Source of the DNA: Williopsis jadinii
Taxonomy: Eukaryota
DNA length: 64,000 bases
Assembly: GCA_024346625.1 (NCBI GenBank)
Contig: AP024665.1
Location: forward strand, 1,736,001-1,800,000
Direction: 5' to 3'
This document shows, in pieces, positions 10,805 through 21,991 of this stretch; the stretch's first letter is position 1, and every line of letters starts with the position of its first letter. The translations under genes were made by a program, and so were the position numbers. The notes under the pieces were generated by a model. The model saw nothing but the letters and a program-made list of their open reading frames with translations. It had not been told where the DNA came from and made no database searches.

Positions 10805-12532
10805 CTAGAGATCCAAGCTTCCAAGATCATAAGGAGGAAGGTTAAGAATTGAGTGTAGAGTTTCAATGTCGACATTTCTCGTAAGGTCATCTATCAGGTC
10901 TCCAAGCCTTTCCCTTATGTTTCCTGGTAAGTTATCGAGGGTGTTATCACTGCCACGACCCAGCTGATCTCCTGAGCCAGTTGAATGGCTGTCGCTATCA
11001 TGTCTTGAGGTTGCAGACACAGAACGTGCACGGTATCTTGGAACATCATCATTTGTGTCCAAAACTGGTTCGAATGGATCGTTTGATACTGTATCACCGT
11101 GTACTCTTGCCATGTAGTTTGCAACCACAGTTCGCAGAGAGCAGCCTGGTGACGTCTCATAAAATGCAACCTGCTCTGTACTAGCGCCTTCCAAAGTCGT
11201 ATCCAAGATGTCCATATCAAACGTCATATGGTATTTCAGCTTTGCATTGTAGACCCCCCATAAGTCGTTGGCAATTCCAACTATGCCCATGCCAACTATG
11301 TTAAGTGCATATACGATATCCTCGGGGGTTTCAATTACATGAGACAATGCGTTCATTGGTACAACCTTGGCCAGACATGCACCAACGACGGCACCCGACA
11401 ATGGCCAGAGCACCACATTCAAAATCCGGAACATTGGAATTCTCTCATGGAAGGCATTGGTAAAATCTACACATAGACAATAGTTGTTTACCCTCTTGGT
11501 GTGTGCGTTGACAATCCTTCTCTCGGCTGCGGTGTAAGGTGGGAAGATATAACACCAAATTCTCTTGTACCAGGGTAACTCACTCATGACATCAGAGATT
11601 CTCTGTTTAATTTCACAGATACGTGTTTCTTCCTCAACGAACTCTTCTTCTCCCTGGTGGAATTCTTCGAGAAGACTCAAGAAGAAATGTGGTACAGCCT
11701 TTCTAACCATTTTGTAGTAAGCCTTATTCAAAGTGAACTTGTAGATCCACTTGTAGATGAAATAGGCTCCAGAGAATAGCTGTGGATAGTACTTTGGACT
11801 AAGGTAACCGGCAGCATTTAGATGCGGTACGCCTAAAGCAGTCAAGCAAAGAATGTGGAAAGTATCCAAGACAGGGTTCGTCTCCGAGATGAAGGTGTAC
11901 AGGTACGCTGGGAAAGTTGCAAACACACTCAGCTGACTTGAAGTCAACTCGGTGGCTGTTGACACAATTGTGTTTCCAACATGCTTAAAGGGGATCTCCA
12001 ATATCTTCATGAGTGTTGGTGTTGGCGCAATGGCGCTCCAAAGTGCAACACCAGCACACGTAGACATCGTCAGCACCGCAGTACTTGAAGAAAATGCCGC
12101 CCCACAAACCAATCCACCATAAACGGCCTTCGAGAATATATCTCTAGCATACGATCTGACCAGATTTGACTTTGATAGAAGCTGACTCGGTGTTTTAGCG
12201 ACTAATGTCACCGGGCTACCACACTGTGGACATAGGATCTCTTCATCTGCCAATAACATCGTGCCTGGTCTAGGCCGCACACTGAGAACCTCTACTCCTC
12301 CAGGTTTTCGTTTACCTTGGAAATAACTCATACACGGTAGGTTGAAAGGGTTACGCTCTTTCCCAATCTCAAGCTCTCTTTCTTTAACATAGTTCAATAG
12401 ACATGTCTTATGCACTCTAAGGGAGCACGAACAGATTTGTATGAGCTTTTTTGAATCTCCAGGGCTGGCTAACGGTGGCCAGTCACCGTCACCACCGAGA
12501 CAAATCCAGCAGCGATCATCATTACTCTCCAT
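10805..12532 (-). CDS. Membrane-anchored RING-CH (RINGv) E3 ligase, MARCH5/MITOL-like
   Basis: C4HC3 ligand set CWIC...CSC...HKTC...CPQC at the N-terminus, followed by several hydrophobic segments. Confidence 0.7.
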   Translation of the reverse strand: MESNDDRCWICLGGDGDWPPLASPGDSKKLIQICSCSLRVHKTCLLNYVKERELEIGKERNPFNLPCMSYFQGKRKPGGVEVLSVRPRPGTMLLADEEILCPQCGSPVTLVAKTPSQLLSKSNLVRSYARDIFSKAVYGGLVCGAAFSSSTAVLTMSTCAGVALWSAIAPTPTLMKILEIPFKHVGNTIVSTATELTSSQLSVFATFPAYLYTFISETNPVLDTFHILCLTALGVPHLNAAGYLSPKYYPQLFSGAYFIYKWIYKFTLNKAYYKMVRKAVPHFFLSLLEEFHQGEEEFVEEETRICEIKQRISDVMSELPWYKRIWCYIFPPYTAAERRIVNAHTKRVNNYCLCVDFTNAFHERIPMFRILNVVLWPLSGAVVGACLAKVVPMNALSHVIETPEDIVYALNIVGMGIVGIANDLWGVYNAKLKYHMTFDMDILDTTLEGASTEQVAFYETSPGCSLRTVVANYMARVHGDTVSNDPFEPVLDTNDDVPRYRARSVSATSRHDSDSHSTGSGDQLGRGSDNTLDNLPGNIRERLGDLIDDLTRNVDIETLHSILNLPPYDLGSLDL

Positions 12533-12636
12533 TGTTTTATCTGTTGATCTCCTGCTAGTTAAGATGGTGTTCTATGTGGAGCACTTGAAATTTTAAAATG
12601 CGAGTGCAAAAGGCGCCAAAAAGTGCAACTTTTACA

Positions 12637-12698
12637 TTTTCGTTTCGTTTCGTTTCGCTTTTCGTTTTTCCATTTTCATCATTTACGTTTTGCTTTCG
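12637..12698. repeat. (TTTCG)n-like microsatellite upstream of the RING-CH gene
   Basis: ttttcgtttcgtttcgtttcgcttttcgttttt... read directly. Confidence 0.8.
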
Positions 12699-13591
12699 CA
12701 ATGCTTACTTCCTCATAGGGTACAGCTTTGCGCCAACGTAAGGGAACCCGGCAAATTATACAAATGCATGGCTATTTGGCTATTCGATGAGTAAACCTGG
12801 ACAAATACAGTGATACACCATGGACTTGTGCGTGCGATTGTACTGGTCTTCATAGTGAGCTCTTTTTGTCTAGTCGTTTTACGTAGGCATGTTCTAGTAA
12901 GAGTGCTCTGGATTTTTCAATTAACACACAATTAATGACAATAAAACACACTGAGTGAAAAGGAATAACCACCAAGGCCTCCCTCTACTCAAGCTGAATT
13001 ACAAGGTAAACTACTAGAATGAAGGCAACTGTACAATGTCAGTTCAACGCAGCCCAGCGCACTTCACCACCTCTATCTACATCTTCTAGACGCTTGCGCG
13101 CCAGCCCAGACGCGTCTTTGTTGCTTGTTTTCCCCATAGTTTCGTCCCCAATGAGCGTAGTGCTCTTCACTTACTGACAGCTCCGTCTCCTCATTGGAAG
13201 GAAACATAGAGCACCGTTTGAATACTTTCTTCAGCATCTAGCCGTAGTCTCAAACACGATATGTTAAAAATGGCTGAGAAATTCAAAGAGATATTAAACA
13301 TTTGATCGTTAAAACACATTATGAGTTGTTCAGGAGGATGATGAACTAGGGAGAACCTCGGCGTAGGGCTGTAGTTCAAAAATGTTTCACCAATTCCTGC
13401 TTCAAAAGATAGAACGGTTACAACTTTATAAAATCATGGGCCATCGGGTTTAGTTTGTCAATAAATAGGATAAATGCCTGATGGACTCTTACAAAAGTCG
13501 TCTCTTGACAACGCGGAAGACCAAAAGGTTCAGGCTATCATAGTCAAGGTTGACGCATGTCGACAAAACCTCATGGATTGCAAAGCTGTGT

Positions 13592-14848
13592 ATGACGGAC
13601 TGCCCAATAGAGCATAAGCAATATATTGCCTCCAGGTTCAACCACATAGTTGCTCTGATGGAATACGCGAGTAACATGGAAGGTACAGATGATGGTATTG
13701 ATCAGCATGTACAAGACCACGAAATGAATCAAAAGTTGAATGCGCAAGCATCAGAAATAGAGACACTATCATCTGACACATCTGAAGACGAGAATGAAAC
13801 TGTGGAATATATAGACCACAGGTCTCAACAGCAGAGAGAGAAGGAATGGGAAGAAGAAAGATGTATACAAGACACATTGAGGGAAAAGGAAAAGAAAGAG
13901 TGTCAAGAGCTTCAGCAACCTTCCGACCCCTTGGATCAGTTATTTAGCGATGAAGATGCTCTCAAATACCTTAAATTCTCGAAGAGCGATCTAAGACGAC
14001 TGGCGAAGCTCTTAGAAATGAACATTCAGCCACCGCCTTGGGGAGGAGACATCAGTGGTCCTGAGGCCCTAGCAATACTTCTCTTTAGAAGCTCAGAGAC
14101 TGTCAGTCTCGATGAAGAGGAATACCACTTTGGAAGGTCCAAAGATATGCTGAGACACGTCATTAATGTTGTCATCGCTTTCTTGTGCCGTAAAGTTGAG
14201 GATAAGGTCAATGTTTTCGATCACAACTTGAGAGAGCAAAGAGTTAAACTCTTCAATGATGCCATTAGGGCCAGAGCTGACGAGATTGGATCCCATGCCT
14301 TTGATGATGTTTGCGGATTTGTTAGCACTCTGCCTGTGTCAAGACGGACCCAGAGTTACGCACCTTGGTATGACGGACCACAAGAGTTTTACTCATCCCA
14401 AGTAGTAACGACTCCTGATGGAATTGCCAGCTCATGTGTACGCCCAAGAAGCTCTAATGGAACAAACCCATTCGTGTTTTATGAAGTGCTCCATCGGCTC
14501 AAGGTTATTTATCCGTACAAGATCCTTGGCGACTCAGAGTACGAAGCTGTGTTCAATGAGCTTCAAAAACGACATATTGACAAGGATAATCTTATTCTGA
14601 AGTATGTAACCGATGACGACAAAGCCAATGAGGTTCTAGTTGTTAACGAATGGATGCGTCAGTCTTTAAGAACAGAATCACCTCGTGTCTTCTCAGTCAC
14701 TCTACCTTTAGAGGGTGACCATCTGCACGATTTGTTCTGTATTGGTGTCTTTCTATCGAACTGTCGTACTTGCTTACGTGGAGGAAACAGGATATCTGAT
14801 TACTTCCACGTTGCACCACCAACCATTGAAGAGTATATAAACTCATGA
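13592..14848 (+). CDS. PIF/Harbinger-like (DDE_Tnp_4) transposase-derived protein, probably catalytically inactive; start uncertain (ATG 13592, 13658 or 13676)
   Basis: Colinear motif match by eye to fungal/oomycete Harbinger-type transposases: SDEDALKYLKFSKSDLRRLAKLL, SGPEALAILL, FGRS, FNDAI, CGFV, QVVTTPDGI, ILGDSEY, NEW and the terminal VFLSNCRTCLRGGNRISDYFHVAPPTIEEYI. Confidence 0.8.
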   Translation: MTDCPIEHKQYIASRFNHIVALMEYASNMEGTDDGIDQHVQDHEMNQKLNAQASEIETLSSDTSEDENETVEYIDHRSQQQREKEWEEERCIQDTLREKEKKECQELQQPSDPLDQLFSDEDALKYLKFSKSDLRRLAKLLEMNIQPPPWGGDISGPEALAILLFRSSETVSLDEEEYHFGRSKDMLRHVINVVIAFLCRKVEDKVNVFDHNLREQRVKLFNDAIRARADEIGSHAFDDVCGFVSTLPVSRRTQSYAPWYDGPQEFYSSQVVTTPDGIASSCVRPRSSNGTNPFVFYEVLHRLKVIYPYKILGDSEYEAVFNELQKRHIDKDNLILKYVTDDDKANEVLVVNEWMRQSLRTESPRVFSVTLPLEGDHLHDLFCIGVFLSNCRTCLRGGNRISDYFHVAPPTIEEYINS

Positions 14849-16238
14849 TATCTCTGTCGATGTTCATAAACAACTCACGAAGTGATTTACTTAGGGGAGC
14901 AATGACAATCAAAAATACTGAAAGGTGTTCAATAACAGTGATATGTCATCTGAGTTTTCGCATTCATTGGTAAACATTGTTTATCGATACAAACTGCTTG
15001 GACTTGTTCTATCGTGAACTGTGTTTTGAGAATTGAATCCACTTCTACTTTAATTTATTGAAGGCGAATTATTTGTGATACCCTAGGTAGCTCGCCAAAG
15101 ATTGACGTGTCTTGATATTCAACCCAGTGAACCAGGTACACACCAGACAACTACTTGTTCCACAGGAATGCCTGAAAAATCAGCACAAGCTTATTTCTTA
15201 CTCCATACAGTCATCATTACTCTATTTTCCTTCACTTATATTCTGCTAGGTTTGATGAATGTCATCGGGCTCGAGAACACTTATACTATCACTCAACACG
15301 AGCTTCACGTTATGACAGAATTGTCTGATATTTGGTGCTTTTGGTATAAGGTGAACAGTCCCCGTATTTCACAAGTTATAGCTTCCACATTGACCATACT
15401 CTGAAACTATCAGTGGTACAAGAAATCTTCACAAGCTGCGCCTAAACCAAGCTTATCATTAAGAGCTTCTTAGACTTAAATTACTATGGTTGAGTCTAAT
15501 CCTGGAAATTAGAGCATGGTTTTGAGACATAGTACTTTCGTTATTTTCATAGGTACTGGTGGATTTCACACTTTGTGAGAATATCCATACAAAGATCATT
15601 TATTCAACATAGGAAGATAAATATACTAAAGGTTTGAGAGAGTCAAATGGTTCCCGTTTTTCATCCTGCATCTAATCCTTCAGCTAGAGAGACAATCATT
15701 TATCACCCACACAGTTTCTTGCTAAGTCCAATTATAGACATGGATTCCCTGAACCATTTGTCCTAGAAAGTATTGTATGGGGTACCACTACACACAACCC
15801 CTAACAGCTACATTTAATTGCTACAATATATCTCCCTGTATGGTTACAATGCTCTCTCTGCTAACTCAGTGGACCAGGCTCACCTAAGTTCTTGTCTCAA
15901 ATCACGATTACTCTCAGAATAGAGACTGAATCAAACAAGAAGAAGGCCTTTCTTGTTTCATTAGCCTTCAAGAATCTTATCAAGTACTACGAAACACTTC
16001 ATTATGGAAAGCACCTGCGATTATCGCGCTGACCCAAACAGGTAGGTGTGGTTGGATAGTGTCCGTTGATTACTGTGTATGTTCGGGTGTATATCACATA
16101 TTATACATTCCGCGAAAATTACCCCAAATTGAAAATGTAAACAAAGAAGTTGTTCAACGGTTATTTGTGTTTATTTTTCTTGCTTTCTTCTTTGAATCCA
16201 CACCAGTGTATCTCTATCGAATAAACAAAGCTGGTGAG

Positions 16239-18905
16239 ATGAGTGCAGAAGAACCTGATTATACGCAACTCCCCTTAGAGGAACGTCTACAACACAAAGT
16301 AAGTACCAGCATTGTTACTGGCCGTCTTTTGTCTGAATCTCTCGGGTTTCTGCGTTGTTGTCTTTTTTTTGTTTACATCACAGCATACTAACGCGTCACC
16401 CAGGTATGGAAAGCCCGTTTAGAGGCATACCAAGAACTCACAAACCAGTTTCAAAAGACAGCGGATGAGAATGATCCAGTCTTCAAACCGTACCTTGCCA
16501 ATCCAGAATTATTCAAGAAGATTGTCACGGATAGTAACGTCGTTGCTCAGGAGAGCGGTATCACTGCTCTTTGTGCTCTGTTGGAATATGGCGGTACGCC
16601 AGCTGCTACGCGGTTAAGACAGCAAGTAATTCCAGGTCTATGTGAAAAGGGATTGTCCTCATCGAGGGCAGGAACCAAACAGAAAACAATCGAGGCGCTT
16701 CTGTGGTTGATCGAATTGGATTCTCCTGATCCCGTTGTGGAGTTGATGGTGCCATACTTGTCCGCTAGATTGCCAAAGCTTGTTGCCGGTACTGTTAAAG
16801 CCTTGTACGAAATATATTCTCAGTTTGGTGCACAAGTTGTTAGTCCAAAGTTGATTTTGCCGAGTTTACCAAAGTTATTCTCCCATGCTGATCGTACGGT
16901 TAGAGCTGAAACGTCAAACTTAACGGTTGAGTTGTTCTTATGGATGGGCGACTCTCTGGAACAAATACTCTTTTCAGATTTGAAACCAGTACAACAGAAA
17001 GATCTTACTGTGGCCTTTGAAAAGGTTAAAGATCAAAAACCAACACAGAAGAGATTGTTAAAGTCTCAACAGATAGCCAATGAACAGAATGCAGCTGCAG
17101 CTGGGATAGCAGACGAGGATAATGATGTTGTCATGGGTAGTACTGATGAGCCAGCAACAATTGATCCATATGACCTTGTTGAACCAGTTGATGTTCTAAG
17201 CAAATTACCATCCGATTTGACTACAAGAGTCACCTCTGCGAAATGGAAAGATAGAGTAGAGGTCCTTACAGAGGTTGAAAAGGAGATGAATGTGATGAAA
17301 TATTTAGATGTGGATTATATTGAATTGGTAAGAATATTGGCTAAATGTATCAAGGATGTTAATATTCAAGTTGTCTCCTTGGCAGCCAAATGTATTGAGT
17401 TTATGGCAAAGGGTTTGAGAACGAGATTTCAAAAGTACATTCAAACAGTTTTGACTCCTTTGCTTGAGAGATGCAAAGAGAAGAAACCAAGTGTGTTGGA
17501 TGCACTTAATGGTGCGCTTGATGCTATTTTCCAATGCTCTTCTTTATCAGAAGTGTTACCAGATACTCTTGATGCCATGAAAAGCAAAACTCCACAAGTC
17601 AGATCTGCAACTTGCCAATATCTCATCAGAATTTTAAAGGAAACAAAAATACCACCTACAAAGTCTGAAGTTGCTGAAATAATTACAAGCGCTGTGAAGT
17701 TAGTTGGTGATACGCTTCCTGATGTGAGAACGCGAGGTTTTGAAGCTGTTGGTACTCTGATGAAGATCTGTGGCGAGCGAGAGCTCAATTCTCATTTGGA
17801 CTCAATCGATGATTTGAAGATGAAGAAGATCAAAGAGTTCTATGAGAATGCGGAGGTGAAATCGAAGATGAACTCATCTACAAAGCCTACTAAGTCATCA
17901 GCTTCATCGGTAGTTTCAGCAACTGGTTCAAAAGGCTCCGTACCGAAGGCATCATCAACAAAGCGGAAATCCACAATTGGAAAACCTTCTAGTGGTATCC
18001 CATCTTCGTCATCTTTATCTTCGTCCTCGTTAGGTGCTACATCATCGATAGCCAAGAAGCGGACCACGTCCAGTATACCTTCTAAGCGAGGACCAACATC
18101 ACCTTTAAAGAGTGATCCTTCAAACTCACGTATGGGGTCAGTTGGTAAGAGTGGACTTACAGGAAGATCTTTACAATCGACCACTAGTTCAAGTCTACAT
18201 CTGAACGGCTCAAACAATAGCCATGGATTAACAGATGCGGAACGTGTTGAATTGGAACAGCTTAGACAGGAAAAATTGAAATGGCAACAAGAGAGGGAAA
18301 AGCAAAAGTGGTCACTTGAAGAATCCATGAATGATTCCTCCAAGTTGATGAAGGAAATTCAACAATTGAGCAGTAAAATTGACAAGTTGAACGAACAACA
18401 TACAAGTGATTTGATGACAATAAAATCGCGCGAAACTCAGTTACAAAGGGCACAAAGTGATTTGGAGATTTCCAATTTGAAGATTTCACAGTTAGAGAAT
18501 GAGATTGAACTAATTCAAAAACAGAAGTCGGCAAGCTCATTTACAGTACCTTCATTTACGCTTGATACCTCATCAATATCCAACAGTTTCCATGGAAGTT
18601 TGAACAACGGTCATCAAAAGCCATTACAAGATTCCAACGTATCACCATATGTGAACGAGTCCACAAGCTCTTCTCTTGGCGGTCTCACTACGGGTACTAA
18701 GAGTATCGACGGATTAGATCGTCGCGTTAGTGGACTAAGCATCGATTCAAATGACCAGAAGGAGAATGGCGCGTTATACACTCGCGCGACTTTGGATACG
18801 TCCGATGAGAGTTGGCGTCGTGCTGCTGAAGTAACATCTCAGTTGAAAGCACGTATAGAAAAGATGAAAGCAAAGTCGAGGGCTTCGAGCCAGAGGAATC
18901 TATGA
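16239..18905 (+). CDS. STU2: XMAP215/Dis1 microtubule polymerase; join(16239..16298,16404..18905)
   Basis: Exon 1 MSAEEPDYTQLPLEERLQHK; GTAAGT 16299, TACTAAC 16386-16392, CAG 16401-16403; exon 2 begins VWKARLEAY. Two TOG domains, SK-rich linker, coiled coil and C-terminal ESWRRAAEVTSQLKARIEKMK. Confidence 0.95.
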
Positions 18906-19627
18906 TAAATTCAGCCTAATAAGAAAAAAAATAAATTAAGGTGGGATTATACGTACAGTTTTCAGGTTGATACGCGTAATGTACATACGGTCAACTTTTA
19001 TGCACAGAGGATGAGGTGCAATGAATTAAAGCTGTATAAATCGGTGCATCTCACCAATTGAAATGTGTTTATTAAGCGATGCACATCGCAACTACACGAC
19101 GTATCACATAATTACTAGACGACAGAACCATATTTTATTTGCAATTCGGAAGGTCAGACGGCCCAGTTCAGTATAAATGGTTCACTCGTAGTTTGCAAAA
19201 GGGTCTACGTACAATGACGCCGCATAAAAATTGGCGAGCTGACCCACGTGGGTTGACTCAAAACCTACAACTGAACAATGAACTAAGCAGTCGACATGTC
19301 CAATTCGACGTTCAATCAAAGGGTAGTTGATAGAATCAATTGAATTGAGTGAAAAGGAACAAGATATGTCGTTCTGAGGCGAAATTCCATTTAAAGAGTG
19401 AGAGAGAGAGCCCTGTCAAAAGTTTAATAAAACCGAAAAACGGTAAAAAAAACCCTTGGCTGCTTTTTTTGCGCTGTCTTGTGATAAAATTCCCGTTTGA
19501 GTAATAAGCGATTGCTTTTTTTTATAAAGAGGAAAGGAACAAAAAAAATTCCCTCTCTATTTTCTTCCTTTTCTCTTCTATCAACTTCAACTTCAACTTC
19601 AATCAATTTTAATACACGTCAAACACA

Positions 19628-19897
19628 ATGCAAATTCAACAAGTTATTGCCTCTTTCCTCGCTTCATCCTCTGTTCTCTTCAACGGTGAATCTTCTGAAT
19701 CCCAAGAGGTTTCATCCCCTAAGGAGGACTTTGTTGCTGTTGACTCCAACGATGTTGAGATCTTGAAGGACGTCAAGTACTCTTCAAACAAGTCCAACCA
19801 TTCCAACGATACTTCTTCCAATGCCGCTGCTGGTGTCGCTGTCTCCAACGTTGGCTCATTCGCCGTCGTTGCTGGTTTGGTTGCTTTCTTGTTGTAA
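19628..19897 (+). CDS. Small (89 aa) secreted, probably GPI-anchored cell-surface protein
   Basis: Hydrophobic N-terminus, Ser/Asn-rich core with NxS/T sequons and a C-terminal NAAAG...VVAGLVAFLL GPI-type signal. Strongly biased codons, ACAATG context and TATAAA at about 19523. Confidence 0.8.
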   Translation: MQIQQVIASFLASSSVLFNGESSESQEVSSPKEDFVAVDSNDVEILKDVKYSSNKSNHSNDTSSNAAAGVAVSNVGSFAVVAGLVAFLL

Positions 19898-20957
19898 TCT
19901 CGCTCTCATATTCATTGTTAACTGAGTGAGTTCGTGGTGTGTGTGTGTGGGACGCGTTTTTTTAAGGGGGTGCGTGTGGTTGTATATTAGGCAGCCCACA
20001 TGTTTTTTTAAAATTGATTGTTCTTGACACCTCTGTCTCTTTTCAAGTTCTATCATATGAATAGAGAAGATGGCAAGGAAGAAACAATTGAAGTCCAATT
20101 ATACGCGTTTTATCCTTTCCCCCCTCTAATATGCTTCTTTTTTATATACAATAAAAGTTTTATGAGGATAATAATTAAGTGGTGCAGTTCCAAGCTAATT
20201 CATCCTTATCAAAAACTATGGGTAATTGGCTTGAAATGTATAGCTTGTGCTGTCCTTAGTTTACACCTTTCGAATAATACATTTCTTTCATTTTCAAACA
20301 TTGACTGTATAACTAGACATTAAAAAACGATGTACAGTTCCTGAATTATGCCTACCGTCTATTCGCTCTGTACGAAAGGCGGACTCCCTCAGCTTTTTAT
20401 TACATGGTATTGTAATGCAGGTAAAGCCGTGACTGGCATTTTTGATAGTAATCAGAACGATCACCATCCATCACTACTAAGTCCACTGTTACAGGTACTT
20501 TTTGGGTGACGTTTCCATAGTCCACCGTGTAATCAGAGACTACAGGACATGGGATTAAACGGAGGGCCGTTCAACCCCGTCACCTTATCGTGATAAACCA
20601 TAACTATCTAATAACGGCCAGTTGATTAAACATCGTAGTTCCTTAAAGGCTCGACGCACGAAATGTCAGACATTTACATGACACTGGTTTTATGCTGTAC
20701 AAGGGTTGTAAAAAACTGACGCCATTTATGGTACTCCTACCGTGATTAGAGAGCACCAAATCCATGTGGATGTGTCTGCAGCGTCGAGAGAGATAGGAGA
20801 TAAGCAAAATTGGTGTATGGATTATTAGGTGTATGGATGATTTTCATTTCAAGGAACTTGGTGTTTGGATGTATCAACATATACTACAAAGCTCGACACT
20901 CTCTAACGCTTCAAAGAAAACGTCCATAGTTTGTCTGTGTTTGAAACGAAAGGGGTG

Positions 20958-21425
20958 ATGTCACAAGAAGAACTTATCGAGCAGATAGAGGCTCTGCAAA
21001 GAGAAATAACCCAGCTGAAGCAGCAGACCGTGTTCTCCGATATTCAGCCATATATTGAAGAGAATGAACACAAGTTCAAGAAGTTGATAATCTCGAACGT
21101 TGGGCTCGAATATCTGGTCAAGTTTAACAAACCTGGCATACTGAAACAAATCAGGGAGAGAGTAGCAAATGATCTTATGCAGGAGTTGGAAAACATTCAG
21201 CTACTGGACCCAGTAAAGGGAACACTACTGACGTACAACGAAGAGTTTCAACAGTTTGAACAAGATGGTGTTTATCATTTGGATTTCCAGTATGCAAGTT
21301 CTTCAAGCAGTTGTGACCATCAGCATGGACATTCACACTCACATAGTATCGATGGAGATGACGATGATGACGATTTCACCGATGATGAGAATTTTTACAA
21401 CAGTTGTAGCTGTTCACACCCATAG
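20958..21425 (+). CDS. Hypothetical protein with N-terminal coiled coil and His/Cys/Asp-rich tail
   Basis: 155-codon ORF from ATG 20958 with protein-like composition; no family recognised. Confidence 0.65.
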   Translation: MSQEELIEQIEALQREITQLKQQTVFSDIQPYIEENEHKFKKLIISNVGLEYLVKFNKPGILKQIRERVANDLMQELENIQLLDPVKGTLLTYNEEFQQFEQDGVYHLDFQYASSSSSCDHQHGHSHSHSIDGDDDDDDFTDDENFYNSCSCSHP

Positions 21426-21991
21426 AATCACTCGAACCAAAGGAACAGTTTGCAAGGTTCCCATCGTTATATTTAATTCGACAGCTGACTATATATACAT
21501 ACAAGAGCCGCCTCTGTTGCCTCCAGCAGTCGTAATATTCCTGTCATAGTCCATAATAAAAGTAGAACATTAAGGCTGTTACGCTATCAGGGAGTAATAA
21601 CCAGTTGCCTTGGCCCCCAAACATACTGCCTTTACATATAAACTCACTCAGGGTGCTGATATCATGCTGACTATATAACAATAAGAAAACCTAAATTACA
21701 ACTCAGACTGAAGGCAATACAAGTGATAATAAACATTATATAACCAAAGTGTTTCACCCACTGAAATAGCCATCTTGACCATATCCCACCCATACTCATG
21801 TCCACTACCGGGGGAGAAAATGCACAATTCGAAATATTGATAGGGCCCACAAAACGGTATGCACACAGGTTCTTGCGAACCGGTGGACAAGCGAAAAAAC
21901 ACACCGGTTCCCCTTCCCACTGTTAAAAGGAGAGGGAGGAGACAGGGAGAATAGCGCTGCAAATTGAATCAAAACAACAGCAAGAAGAAAC

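Noticed and set aside
12533..16238. Intact Harbinger transposon with TIRs and a Myb-like second ORF
   Set aside because: No convincing inverted termini or TAA/TTA duplication found by eye; the 100-aa ORF at 15102-15404 and the short upstream ORFs show no Myb/SANT tryptophan pattern. A computational search is still needed.
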